Of a stretch of DNA of 64,000 nucleotides, positions 46,233-56,740 are shown piece by piece. The position numbers were made by a program, and so were the translations under genes. Source of the DNA: Cyanophyceae cyanobacterium (lineage in GTDB: Bacteria; Cyanobacteriota; Cyanobacteriia; Cyanobacteriales; JBHJGN01); the NCBI GenBank assembly GCA_050331735.1, contig JBHJGN010000019.1:1-64000 (forward strand). The letters are read 5' to 3'. Positions within the stretch are counted from its first letter, which is position 1; every line of letters begins with the position of its first letter. Under the pieces are notes generated by a model, which saw only the letters and a list, made by a program, of their open reading frames with translations, ran no database searches and was not told where the DNA came from.

Positions 46233-47765
46233 ATGAACGTCAATAGGAATCCGCCCCAAAAATACACCGTTGAAAAGCTGCAAACGGGTATTCCCGGTTT
46301 TGATACCGTTGCTGATGGCGGCTTACCTAGTCATAGCGCGACTCTAGTGGCCGGAACAACAGGCAGTGCTAAGACAGTTCTGGCCTGTCAGTATCTCGCT
46401 GCCGGCATTACGCAGTTCGATCAGCCCGGGGTATTAGTAACGTTTGAAGAAGCTCCTCGGCAGATTTGCCACTATATGAGTGGCTTCGGCTGGACTATTC
46501 AACAATGGGAAGCCCAAGGAAAATGGTCTTTTGTCGATGCCTCTCCAGAGGCGGGAGAGAAGCCAGTCGTGACAGGAGAGTACGAACTCGCTCCAATACT
46601 GGCTAGAATTGAACATGCGATTAACAAGGTTGGGGCTAAACGTCTTGCTGTTGATGCTCTTGGCGCTATTTTTTCCTACTTTAGCGATCCTGCTCAGATT
46701 CGGAGCGAGATGTATCGGATTGCCTCTACCGTCAAAGAATTAGGAGTAACAACTCTGATTACTGCCGAACGGAGTCATGAATATGGTAACGTGAGCCGCT
46801 ACGGAATGGAAGAGTTCGTCGCTGATAACGTGATTATTCTCCGAAACATTTTAGAGGAAGAGAAACGGCGGCGATCGCTAGAAATTCTCAAATTCAGAGG
46901 CTCTAACCATCAAAAAGGAGAATTTCCGTTCTCTGTCCTCGCTGGCTCTGGAATTGAGGTGGTGCCGCTCTCAACTTTAGAATACGAACAAGAATCCACC
47001 GCCATGCGCATTCCTTCAGGAATTGAGGAATTGGACAATATGTGCGGCGGCGGTTTTTTCCGAGATTCCGTCGTTTTAGTATCAGGAGCAACCGGAACCG
47101 GAAAAACGCTAATTGTCACTCAGTTTTTGAATGGCGGTATTGAACATCAGGAGCGCTGTTTACTATTTGCTTTTGAAGAAAGACGAGAACAGCTTTATCG
47201 CAACGCCAGGGGATGGGGCGTAGATTTTGCCGCCGCTGAAACAGCCAACCGATTAAAAATTGTCTGTCGCTCTCCTGAAGCAACGGGCCTAGAAGAACAT
47301 CTCATTGTCATTAAAGATATCATCAATCGCTATCAGCCCAATCGCGTCGCCATCGATAGCCTCTCTGCCCTAGAGCGAACGGCCCCAGAACGGGCGTTTC
47401 GGCAATTTATCATTAGCATTACGGCTTTTGTCAAATCTAAAAAAATGACTGGTATTTTCACCTCTAATACTTCGAGTCTGCTTGGCGGTTCCTCAGTAAC
47501 AGATGCTCATATTTCCACCATTACAGATTCTATTATTCTGCTGCGCTACGTTGAAGTTTTTGGGGGAATGCGTCGGGGAATTGTGGTGTTGAAAATGCGC
47601 GGCTCCGACCACGACAAGGATATTCGGGAGTTTCAGATTGTTAACAAGCAAGGAATGAAAATTGGTCATCCATTTCAGCAGATTGCGGGAATTTTGACCG
47701 GTAACTTTACCTACATTACGGCGAGTGAAGAGGCGCGTCTCAATCAGATGTTTAGCTCGGACTGA
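46233..47765 (+). CDS. kaiC: KaiC-family ATPase/autokinase (KaiC3-like)
   Basis: Double RecA domain; CI Walker A GTTGSAKT (KaiC3-type GSAKT), CII GATGTGKT, phosphosites in HISTITD. Confidence 0.93.
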   Translation: MNVNRNPPQKYTVEKLQTGIPGFDTVADGGLPSHSATLVAGTTGSAKTVLACQYLAAGITQFDQPGVLVTFEEAPRQICHYMSGFGWTIQQWEAQGKWSFVDASPEAGEKPVVTGEYELAPILARIEHAINKVGAKRLAVDALGAIFSYFSDPAQIRSEMYRIASTVKELGVTTLITAERSHEYGNVSRYGMEEFVADNVIILRNILEEEKRRRSLEILKFRGSNHQKGEFPFSVLAGSGIEVVPLSTLEYEQESTAMRIPSGIEELDNMCGGGFFRDSVVLVSGATGTGKTLIVTQFLNGGIEHQERCLLFAFEERREQLYRNARGWGVDFAAAETANRLKIVCRSPEATGLEEHLIVIKDIINRYQPNRVAIDSLSALERTAPERAFRQFIISITAFVKSKKMTGIFTSNTSSLLGGSSVTDAHISTITDSIILLRYVEVFGGMRRGIVVLKMRGSDHDKDIREFQIVNKQGMKIGHPFQQIAGILTGNFTYITASEEARLNQMFSSD

Positions 47766-47778
47766 GTAATGGGAATCG

Positions 47779-50127
47779 ATGCAGACGACTAAAATTCTGT
47801 TGATTGAAGACGACCGAGAAGATGTCGAACTTGTTGCAGAGCTGTTGCAGGAGCTGCCGCAGGCGCGAATTCAGCTTGAGAGTTCTAGGTCTCTGGCTCA
47901 AGGACTTGAGCGATTGGCAAAAGGGCAAATCGATGTCGTTTTTTTGGATTTATCGCTACCGGATGCTCAGGGACTGGGGATCTGCCGCCAGGTGCAGGCT
48001 CAAGAGCCGCACCTGCCCATAATTATCCTCAGCGGGCTAGACGATGAAGAGGTGGCGATCGCCGCTCTCCAGGAAGGCGCTCAGGATTATTTAGTCAAAG
48101 GAAAATTTGACAGCTATTCATTTGTCAAAGCGATTCGCTACAGCATTGAGCGCAAGCGCCTTCAGCTCGCTATGAAGCAGCAAAACGCTGCCGTTAAAAC
48201 TAGCGAGGAGCAGTTTCGCTCTTTAATCAACCGCAATGCTGATGCGATGCTGGTGGTCAATTCTCAAGGAGTGATTCAGTTTGCCAATCCAGCCGTCGCA
48301 GAGCTGTTTGACCGTCGAACCCAAAATTTGATCGGCAGAGAGTTTGGGTTTCCCCTAGTGACTGGGGAAAGCACTGAAATAGATATTGTGCGCCAGACAG
48401 AAGTGATTACGGCAGAAATGCGGCTTGCTGAAATCACCTGGGAGGGAGAGTCGGCCTATCTGGCCTCGCTCCGGGACATCACCTGGCGCAAGCAAGCAGA
48501 AACAACGCTCAAGCGGCTGAACGATAATTTAGAAACTCAAGTTTCGGAACGAACCGTCGCTCTCAAACAAACTAACAAGCAGTTGTTAACTGAAATCACC
48601 GAACGCCAGCGCTCTGAAGCATTACTGCGAACTGTGGTTACCGGAGCTCCAATTATTCTCTGGTCTGTTAACCGGGAAGGCACGATTACTTTAGCCGAAG
48701 GCAAAGGATTAGCGGCACTGGCTCTGAAGCCGGAAGCCATTGTGGGACGCTCGATTTTTGAATTTTCCCGTCTCTATCCAGAAATGAGCGAAAAACACCG
48801 TCGGGTTCTGGCTGGTGCCGAAACTCAGTGGCGTGTCGAAATCAATCAGCTAGTCTACGAGTGTCGGGCCACACCGATCGCTCGCCAGGGAACTGTCGTT
48901 GGTTTGATTGGAGTAGCGACAGATATCACCGAGCGTGTTTTAGCTGAAACTCAGCGCGATAAGCTGTTGGAGAGTGAAAGGACAGCTCGGGAAGAAGCAG
49001 AGCAGGCCAACCGCCTTAAAGACGAATTTCTAGCGGTGCTTTCCCACGAACTGAGAACGCCGCTGAATCCGATTGTCGGCTGGACGAGTCTCCTCCGCAA
49101 AGGAAACGTTAGCGCTGAACAAACCGAACGCGCTCTCGAAACAATTGAGCGCAACGCTCAGCTACAGACTCAACTCATAGACGATCTGCTCGATATCAGC
49201 CGGATTTTGCGAGGCAAGCTTCAGCTTCAGAGCCTGCCTCTAAAGCTGCCCCCAATTATTGAAGCGGCGATCGAGACGGTTCGCCTAGCAGCGCAGGCTA
49301 AATCAATTCAGATTGTCACTAATTATCAGAGTCGCGAAGAGACGATTTTAGGAGATCCAGACCGTTTGCAGCAGGTGGTGTGGAACCTCTTAACAAATGC
49401 GGTTAAATTTACCCCTGCTGGCGGTCAAATTACCGTTCAGCTTTTCAAACGCGACTCCCGCATGACGCTACAGGTTGTCGATACGGGCAACGGCATCGAC
49501 CAACAGTTTATTCCCTACCTGTTTGATAAATTTCGCCAAGAGAACAGTAGTACCACCCGAACTTTCGGAGGCTTAGGGTTAGGGTTAGCGATTGTCAGAC
49601 ATCTAGTCGAGCTGCATGGAGGAACCGTCTCAGCTCAGAGCTTGGGTAAAGGCCAAGGCTCAACATTTACAGTCAATCTCCCCCGGATTCAACAACCGTT
49701 AGCCCCTAAAAAGCCCCCCAGTCTCCAGACTGACGGGCTCAGTTTGGAGGGAGTCCGCCTGCTAGTCGTGGATGACGAAGCAGATAGTTTAGAGATTACC
49801 ACTCTCTGGCTGGAACAACACGGTGCTCAGGTAACGGCTGTAACAAAAGCGCAGGAAGCCTTGACATCCTTTGACGCTGAACAGCCGGACGTACTCATTA
49901 GCGATATTGGCATGCCTGAAATCGACGGTAACGAGTTAATACAAACCATCCGGAGAAAATCGCTAGCAGCCGGAGGCAATATTAAGGCGATCGCCCTAAC
50001 TGCTTACGCAACGGAAGCCGATAAGCGAAAAATCCTCGCCGCTGGGTTTGATTGTCATCTGTCGAAGCCCATTAAACCGTCGCAGCTTATTACTCAGGTC
50101 GCTATGCTGGTGCGTAGATTTAGCTAG
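47779..50127 (+). CDS. Cytoplasmic hybrid histidine kinase (REC-PAS-PAS-HisKA-HATPase-REC)
   Basis: FLDLSLPD, VLSHELRTPL, NLLTNAVKFT, GLGLGL, ISDIGMP; no TM segment. Confidence 0.93.
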   Translation: MQTTKILLIEDDREDVELVAELLQELPQARIQLESSRSLAQGLERLAKGQIDVVFLDLSLPDAQGLGICRQVQAQEPHLPIIILSGLDDEEVAIAALQEGAQDYLVKGKFDSYSFVKAIRYSIERKRLQLAMKQQNAAVKTSEEQFRSLINRNADAMLVVNSQGVIQFANPAVAELFDRRTQNLIGREFGFPLVTGESTEIDIVRQTEVITAEMRLAEITWEGESAYLASLRDITWRKQAETTLKRLNDNLETQVSERTVALKQTNKQLLTEITERQRSEALLRTVVTGAPIILWSVNREGTITLAEGKGLAALALKPEAIVGRSIFEFSRLYPEMSEKHRRVLAGAETQWRVEINQLVYECRATPIARQGTVVGLIGVATDITERVLAETQRDKLLESERTAREEAEQANRLKDEFLAVLSHELRTPLNPIVGWTSLLRKGNVSAEQTERALETIERNAQLQTQLIDDLLDISRILRGKLQLQSLPLKLPPIIEAAIETVRLAAQAKSIQIVTNYQSREETILGDPDRLQQVVWNLLTNAVKFTPAGGQITVQLFKRDSRMTLQVVDTGNGIDQQFIPYLFDKFRQENSSTTRTFGGLGLGLAIVRHLVELHGGTVSAQSLGKGQGSTFTVNLPRIQQPLAPKKPPSLQTDGLSLEGVRLLVVDDEADSLEITTLWLEQHGAQVTAVTKAQEALTSFDAEQPDVLISDIGMPEIDGNELIQTIRRKSLAAGGNIKAIALTAYATEADKRKILAAGFDCHLSKPIKPSQLITQVAMLVRRFS

Positions 50128-50165
50128 GAGAGGCTCCTCTCGGTGACGAGTCAAATACGTCTCGG

Positions 50166-51611
50166 TTAAGTTCCCGCGTCATCCACTGACGGCTCTTCCT
50201 CGACGACTGTTGAAGGCGGTTGAGGCACCTCGGATGCAGGCGGTTCGCTGGGAAGATAGTGTTCTGGCTGCGTCTCGATCAATCCGGGCTTTAGTTCCTC
50301 GGGGTTAGGGGCAATCACTTCTGGCAGCAGGGGTTCTGGGGAAGGGCTAGGCGTGATTTCGGGACGGCGCAGGCGGCGAAAGAATTTTCTGCGCCGTTGA
50401 GGCTGCTCAGCGGCTGGTGCTGCTGACGGCTCATCGAGGTTGGGAATGGGCTGAGGTTGTGGCTCGATTAGTTCTGTGGGCTCCTCAAAGGCTTTTGGAG
50501 TTTCCGGCGGAGAAGCCTCAGACTCTATTGGTTCTGAATCTGGAACCCCCTGCTCGATGCTGGGTTCGGGTAAGGGAGCGCTCGGCGGTTCCACTTCCTC
50601 GGGTTCCTCGAGAAGCGGCTCCTCCGTTTCCGGCAGTTCTGGAACCGGGCCTGCTGCTGGCGGACCCTCGTCTTCAGTCGGTTCAGGAGGCGTGATCGCT
50701 TCCTCGCTAATGCTCGGACTAATGATGCCGCGAGCCGCTTGGGCAGAAAGTTCGCCCCGCATCAGCTTTGATAGCGTATCTTGCCCGTCTGGGACGTACT
50801 CAATCAGCCGAACGGTATTGTTAAAAACGTTCTGAATGGGATTCTCTTGTCCATCGAGAAGCTCTAGCTGGACCCAGTTCGTTCCGGGTCGCCATCCTTT
50901 GAGATAGACTGGCTGCCAGTCTTCGAGCAAGAAACTTTGTCCGTTTACGGTCGCCTGAATTTTCCAGTCAGCAATCTCGTCGTCAGCATCTTCTTGAGCA
51001 ACGAGGTGCAGCGGGGCATTGGTTAAGTAGAAATCGAGCAGGATCGGTTCAGCTCTGTAAGTTCCTTCGGGCTGACTATAGGTCAGCAGAGGTAAGGCGG
51101 AATCGGGAGCGTCGTTGGTGCGAGTAAAGACATGAAACGTTGTTTGAGCGTAAGCCCCTTCGTTTTTAAAGCTTTCGTGCCAGGGACGAGAGGCAAACAC
51201 CCGCAGGGTATGAGTCCCCGGCGACAGGTTTTCTAAAACGATTGGCTGCTCGACGCTATAAATTTCCTGCTCCGGCTGGTTATCGAGGAGCAGGCTCAGA
51301 TGAGGGCCGAGCTGCCGTTCTTCATCTTGGAAGAGGGGATAGTCCTGCACCTGAACTTGGACCTCAACGGTGGTGTCTTGGAAGATATCATCGGTTTGCG
51401 GGCTGATAATTTCTACCTGGGGCTGATACTGAGCCAGTTTGGTTTTTAACTCCTCTATTGCTGGGGGAGGAGCGGTTTCGGCAATGCCAGCTCCAGACCC
51501 TGGACTATCAAGTTGGGGAGGGCGATCGCTACAGCTCAGCAGGCTCCACGCGATGACGCACAGCACCATTCCTACCCCAACAATTTTCCTCCCCAACCCG
51601 ATTCTCCTCAT
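50166..51611 (-). CDS. Putative lipoprotein with Pro/Glu-rich disordered tail
   Basis: Lipobox-like LLSC; LGPHL, PGTHTLRVFASRPWHESFKN. Confidence 0.75.
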   Translation of the reverse strand: MRRIGLGRKIVGVGMVLCVIAWSLLSCSDRPPQLDSPGSGAGIAETAPPPAIEELKTKLAQYQPQVEIISPQTDDIFQDTTVEVQVQVQDYPLFQDEERQLGPHLSLLLDNQPEQEIYSVEQPIVLENLSPGTHTLRVFASRPWHESFKNEGAYAQTTFHVFTRTNDAPDSALPLLTYSQPEGTYRAEPILLDFYLTNAPLHLVAQEDADDEIADWKIQATVNGQSFLLEDWQPVYLKGWRPGTNWVQLELLDGQENPIQNVFNNTVRLIEYVPDGQDTLSKLMRGELSAQAARGIISPSISEEAITPPEPTEDEGPPAAGPVPELPETEEPLLEEPEEVEPPSAPLPEPSIEQGVPDSEPIESEASPPETPKAFEEPTELIEPQPQPIPNLDEPSAAPAAEQPQRRRKFFRRLRRPEITPSPSPEPLLPEVIAPNPEELKPGLIETQPEHYLPSEPPASEVPQPPSTVVEEEPSVDDAGT

Positions 51612-51801
51612 GCTTTCTGCCTAATTTATTGAAGTCCCACTGGCACTATAGCGAAATCTGGTTCGCCTTCATCAGCTAAATTGCGCAGGTTTTAAATGTC
51701 TGGCGTCAAATGTTTCTCTTTGTGAAGAAAACTTGTTTTCTCTTGACATGCTTAGAAGAGGAGGTTGCTCACAATCTATATCTGCTCAAGACTTGAGGAA
51801 A

Positions 51802-51861
51802 TTTAAATATTGTTAAGTATCTTCGGGTGGAGCGAAACAAACGCGGGATTGGATTTATTAT
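51802..51861 (+). promoter_or_regulatory. psaAB promoter: HLR1-like (RpaB) repeat and -10 box
   Basis: TTTAAATA-tt-GTTAAGTA at 51802-51819; TATTAT at 51856-51861; spacing fits an activating HLR1 position. Confidence 0.55.
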
Positions 51862-51951
51862 CAGAGTAATTGCAAATGCCTAGAACATAACTAGGATAGG
51901 CATACCGCGTTAAATCACACTTTTAAAGTTCATTGTCGAGAGAGAACCCTC

Positions 51952-54213
51952 ATGACAATTAGTCCTCCTGAAAGAGAGGCGAAAGTGAGAGTCGTAGTTG
52001 ACAAAGATCCGGTAGAAACCTCATTTGAAAAATGGGCTCAGCCGGGTCACTTCGACCGCGCTCTCAAGCGAGGTCCTAAAACCACAACCTGGATTTGGAA
52101 CCTCCACGCCGATGCACACGATTTTGATAGTCAAACCAGTGACCTCGAAGATATTTCTAGAAAGATCTTCAGTGCCCACTTTGGTCACTTAGCAGTTGTT
52201 TTTGTTTGGCTGAGCGGCATGTATTTTCATGGCGCTCGTTTTTCCAACTATGAGTCTTGGCTGAGAGACCCAATCAATATCAAGCCAAGCGCTCAGGTCG
52301 TTTGGCCGATTGTCGGTCAAGACATTCTCAATGGTGATATGGGCGGTGGCTTCCACGGCATTCAGATCACCTCTGGCTTCTTCCAGCTCTGGCGAGCTTC
52401 GGGAATTACCACCGAATTTCAGCTTTACTGCACCGCGATTGGCGGGCTAGTAATGGCAGCACTCATGATCTTCGCTGGTTGGTTCCACTACCACAAGCGT
52501 GCTCCCAAGCTAGAGTGGTTCCAGAATGTCGAGTCGATGCTCAACCATCACCTAGCTGGCTTGCTCGGGCTGGGGTCTCTATCCTGGGCTGGGCACCAGA
52601 TCCATGTAGCTTTACCAATTAACAAGCTACTGGATGCGGGAGTGGCCCCAGAAGACATTCCCCTGCCCCACGAGTTCATCTTGAACCGCAGCATTATGGC
52701 TGAGCTCTATCCCAGCTTTGCTGAGGGACTCAAGCCCTTCTTTACCCTTAACTGGGCTACCTACTCTGATTTTCTCACCTTCAAGGGGGGATTGAACCCC
52801 GTCACCGGAGGTTTGTGGCTGTCGGATACGGCTCACCACCACCTGGCGATCGCCGTTCTGTTCCTAATTGCCGGACATATGTACCGGACCAACTGGGGCA
52901 TTGGGCACAGCATCAAGGAAATCCTAGAAAACCACAGGGATCCCATGATCATTGGTGGCACAGGGCATAAAGGTCTTTATGAAATCTTGACCACGTCCTG
53001 GCACGCTCAGCTAGCGATCAATCTCGCCATGCTCGGTTCGCTGACGATCATTGTGGCACATCATATGTACGCGATGCCTCCCTATCCCTACATGGCGACA
53101 GACTACGGTACGCAGCTGTCTCTGTTCACCCACCATATGTGGATTGGCGGATTCCTGATTGTGGGCGCGGGCGCTCATGGCGCGATCTTCATGGTGCGCG
53201 ATTACGATCCGGCGAAGAACGTTAACAACGTATTAGACCGGGTAATCCGCCACCGCGACGCGATTATTTCCCACCTCAACTGGGTCTGTATTTTCCTCGG
53301 CTTCCACAGCTTTGGTCTCTACATTCACAACGACACGATGCGAGCTTTGGGTCGCCCCCAAGATATGTTCTCAGATACGGCAATTCAGCTCCAGCCCGTG
53401 TTTGCCCAGTGGGTCCAGAACCTGCATACTCTGGCTCCGGGTGCCACCGCTCCCAATGCGATTGAACCGGCAAGCTATGCCTTTGGCGGCGGTATTGTCG
53501 CCGTGGGTGGTAAAGTCGCCATGATGCCGATTGCCCTGGGAACCGCCGATTTCATGGTGCATCACATTCATGCGTTTACCATTCACGTAACGGCACTGAT
53601 CCTGCTCAAAGGAGTGCTTTACGCTCGTAGCTCACGGCTGATTCCCGATAAGATGAATCTCGGCTTCCGTTTCCCCTGCGACGGTCCTGGTCGCGGCGGT
53701 ACGTGCCAAGTATCCGGATGGGACCACGTTTTTCTGGGCCTGTTCTGGATGTATAACTCCCTATCGATTGTCATTTTCCACTTTAGCTGGAAGATGCAGT
53801 CCGACGTTTGGGGAACCGTATCGCCAGATGGAACGGTATCTCATATTACCTTCGGCAACTTCGCAACGAGTGCCCTCACCATTAACGGGTGGCTGCGCGA
53901 CTTTCTCTGGGCGCAGGCTTCGCAGGTGATCAACTCCTACGGAACAGCGTTGTCTGCCTACGGGTTACTGTTCCTCGGCGCTCACTTTGTCTGGGCCTTC
54001 AGCCTGATGTTCTTATTCAGCGGTCGCGGCTACTGGCAAGAGTTGATTGAGTCGATTGTCTGGGCACACAATAAACTCAGAGTCGCTCCAGCAATTCAGC
54101 CTCGCGCTTTGAGCATCATTCAAGGCCGCGCCGTGGGTGTTGCCCACTACCTGTTGGGAGGAATTGTCACCACTTGGGCATTCTTCCTCGCGCGAATCCT
54201 TGCAGTAGGATAA
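51952..54213 (+). CDS. psaA: Photosystem I P700 apoprotein A1
   Basis: [24 protein letters not shown]. Confidence 0.99.
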   Translation: MTISPPEREAKVRVVVDKDPVETSFEKWAQPGHFDRALKRGPKTTTWIWNLHADAHDFDSQTSDLEDISRKIFSAHFGHLAVVFVWLSGMYFHGARFSNYESWLRDPINIKPSAQVVWPIVGQDILNGDMGGGFHGIQITSGFFQLWRASGITTEFQLYCTAIGGLVMAALMIFAGWFHYHKRAPKLEWFQNVESMLNHHLAGLLGLGSLSWAGHQIHVALPINKLLDAGVAPEDIPLPHEFILNRSIMAELYPSFAEGLKPFFTLNWATYSDFLTFKGGLNPVTGGLWLSDTAHHHLAIAVLFLIAGHMYRTNWGIGHSIKEILENHRDPMIIGGTGHKGLYEILTTSWHAQLAINLAMLGSLTIIVAHHMYAMPPYPYMATDYGTQLSLFTHHMWIGGFLIVGAGAHGAIFMVRDYDPAKNVNNVLDRVIRHRDAIISHLNWVCIFLGFHSFGLYIHNDTMRALGRPQDMFSDTAIQLQPVFAQWVQNLHTLAPGATAPNAIEPASYAFGGGIVAVGGKVAMMPIALGTADFMVHHIHAFTIHVTALILLKGVLYARSSRLIPDKMNLGFRFPCDGPGRGGTCQVSGWDHVFLGLFWMYNSLSIVIFHFSWKMQSDVWGTVSPDGTVSHITFGNFATSALTINGWLRDFLWAQASQVINSYGTALSAYGLLFLGAHFVWAFSLMFLFSGRGYWQELIESIVWAHNKLRVAPAIQPRALSIIQGRAVGVAHYLLGGIVTTWAFFLARILAVG

Positions 54214-54341
54214 GGAAAACGCACAGGGCAGCTATTGCCTACCCTCCTGGAACTTCGGTTCCAGGACAACTATAAACAAGAAAATGAGCAGCGCACCTGC
54301 GTTAGCCTCATTTTTGACAAGGAGAATTTCCTTAAAGACTT

Positions 54342-56555
54342 ATGGCAACTAAATTTCCAAAATTTAGCCAGGATCTCGCTCAAGACCCGACGACTCGTCG
54401 GATTTGGTACGGAATCGCCACCGCCCACGATTTTGAAACGCACGACGGAATGACCGAGGAAAATCTTTATCAAAAGATTTTTGCCTCTCACTTCGGTCAC
54501 ATTGCGATCATTTTCCTCTGGACCTCCGGCACTCTGTTCCACGTCGCCTGGCAAGGTAATTTCGAGCAGTGGATTAAAGATCCGATCAACGTTCGTCCCA
54601 TCGCTCACGCAATTTGGGATCCTCACTTTGGGGAAGCGGCAGTAGATGCGTTTACCCAAGGGGGCGCTTCTAACCCCGTTAACATTGCCTACTCTGGTGT
54701 TTACCACTGGTTTTACACCATTGGCATGACCAAGAATACCGACCTCTATATGGGAGCCGTGTTCTTGCTCATTCTCTCAGCCGTCTTTCTATTTGCTGGC
54801 TGGCTGCACCTCCAGCCTAAGTTCCGTCCGAGCCTCTCCTGGTTCAAGAACGCTGAGTCTCGTCTCAATCACCACTTGGCTGGTTTGTTTGGCGTGAGTT
54901 CTCTAGCGTGGGCTGGTCACCTCGTTCACGTGGCTATTCCTGAGTCTCGCGGACAGCACGTAGGCTGGGATAACTTCCTGACCACTCCTCCTCACCCGGC
55001 TGGTCTTGGCCCCTTCTTTACCGGCAACTGGGGAGTGTATGCTCAGAACCCAGATACGGCTAATCACGTCTTTGGTACGTCTCAGGGTGCAGGAACCGCC
55101 ATTTTGACCTTCTTAGGTGGCTTTCATCCTCAAACCGAGTCTCTTTGGCTGACGGATATGGCTCACCACCACTTGGCGATCGCCGTGATCTTCATTATCG
55201 CGGGACATATGTACCGCACCAACTTTGGGATCGGGCACAGCATTAAGGATATGCTTAACGCCAAGAAATTTTTCGGCCAAGAAACCGAAGGTCAGTTCAA
55301 CCTGCCTCACCAGGGACTGTATGACACCCTCAACAACTCCCTGCACTTTCAGCTTGCTCTGGCCCTAGCCGCGTTGGGTGTGATCACATCCCTCGTCGCT
55401 CAGCATATGTACGCTCTGCCTCCCTACGTCTTTATGGGACGAGCCTACACCACGCAGGCGGCGCTCTACACCCATCACCAGTACATTGCTGGGTTCATCA
55501 TGCTCGGAGCTTTTGCTCACGGTGCCATTTTCCTCGTCCGGGACTATGACCCTGAGCAAAACCGAGGCAACGTCCTAGACCGGGTACTCCAGCACAAAGA
55601 GGCGATTATCTCCCACTTAAGCTGGGTTTCCCTCTTCCTCGGCTTCCACACTCTGGGTCTGTACGTTCATAACGACGTTGTTGTAGCCTTCGGCACTCCC
55701 GAAAAGCAAATCCTGATTGAGCCGGTATTTGCTCAGTTTGTGCAGGGCGCTCACGGGAAAGCCCTCTATGGGTTCGATGCTCTGCTCTCCAACGCCGATA
55801 GCGTCGCCTCCACCGCCGGTGCTCCTTGGCTTCCGGGCTGGCTAGGCGCTATCAACGACAGCACCAACTCGCTGTTCCTGACCATTGGTCCTGGCGACTT
55901 CTTGGTGCATCACGCGATCGCGCTTGGTCTGCATACCACCACTCTTATTTTGGTTAAGGGCGCCCTCGACGCTCGCGGTTCTAAGCTGATGCCGGACAAA
56001 AAAGACTTCGGCTTTGCGTTCCCCTGCGACGGTCCCGGTCGGGGAGGTACCTGCGATATTTCTGCTTGGGATTCGTTCTACCTCGCCGCCTTCTGGATGC
56101 TGAACACCATCGGCTGGGTGACCTTCTACTGGCACTGGAAGCATCTTGGTATTTGGCAGGGCAACGTGGCGCAGTTTAATGAAAGCTCCACCTACCTGAT
56201 GGGCTGGCTCCGTGACTATCTCTGGGCAAACTCCGCACAGTTGATTAACGGATACAACCCCTACGGCATGAACAACCTATCAGTCTGGGCTTGGATGTTC
56301 CTATTCGGACACCTGGTTTGGGCAACTGGCTTTATGTTCCTGATCTCCTGGAGAGGATACTGGCAAGAGCTGATTGAGACTCTTGTTTGGGCGCACGAGC
56401 GCACTCCTCTAGCCAACCTCGTTCGCTGGAAGGACAAGCCTGTGGCAATGTCTATCGTTCAAGGTCGTGTAGTTGGTCTAGCCCACTTCGCCGTTGGCTA
56501 CGTCCTTACCTACGCTGCCTTCCTGATTGCCTCCACGGCTGGTAAGTTTGGTTAA
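54342..56555 (+). CDS. psaB: Photosystem I P700 apoprotein A2
   Basis: [35 protein letters not shown]. Confidence 0.99.
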   Translation: MATKFPKFSQDLAQDPTTRRIWYGIATAHDFETHDGMTEENLYQKIFASHFGHIAIIFLWTSGTLFHVAWQGNFEQWIKDPINVRPIAHAIWDPHFGEAAVDAFTQGGASNPVNIAYSGVYHWFYTIGMTKNTDLYMGAVFLLILSAVFLFAGWLHLQPKFRPSLSWFKNAESRLNHHLAGLFGVSSLAWAGHLVHVAIPESRGQHVGWDNFLTTPPHPAGLGPFFTGNWGVYAQNPDTANHVFGTSQGAGTAILTFLGGFHPQTESLWLTDMAHHHLAIAVIFIIAGHMYRTNFGIGHSIKDMLNAKKFFGQETEGQFNLPHQGLYDTLNNSLHFQLALALAALGVITSLVAQHMYALPPYVFMGRAYTTQAALYTHHQYIAGFIMLGAFAHGAIFLVRDYDPEQNRGNVLDRVLQHKEAIISHLSWVSLFLGFHTLGLYVHNDVVVAFGTPEKQILIEPVFAQFVQGAHGKALYGFDALLSNADSVASTAGAPWLPGWLGAINDSTNSLFLTIGPGDFLVHHAIALGLHTTTLILVKGALDARGSKLMPDKKDFGFAFPCDGPGRGGTCDISAWDSFYLAAFWMLNTIGWVTFYWHWKHLGIWQGNVAQFNESSTYLMGWLRDYLWANSAQLINGYNPYGMNNLSVWAWMFLFGHLVWATGFMFLISWRGYWQELIETLVWAHERTPLANLVRWKDKPVAMSIVQGRVVGLAHFAVGYVLTYAAFLIASTAGKFG

Positions 56556-56581
56556 AGACTAATCTCTAAGAGATAACCATT

Positions 56582-56615
56582 TAATCCCTCACCGAGCGGT
56601 GGGGGATTAGTTTTT
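56582..56615 (+). terminator. psaAB terminator
   Basis: TAATCCCTCACC-gagc-GGTGGGGGATTA followed by GTTTTT. Confidence 0.75.
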
Positions 56616-56740
56616 GTGGCTCCTGCATCCAAGCTCGTTTAGGAACTGAAGCCAGTCAAAATGATTAACGAAGTTCCGAGCAAAGCTGAACAGAGCGACC
56701 GTTGCTCGCCCAATTCAAGACATAGAAGTAGTTTTCTAGA

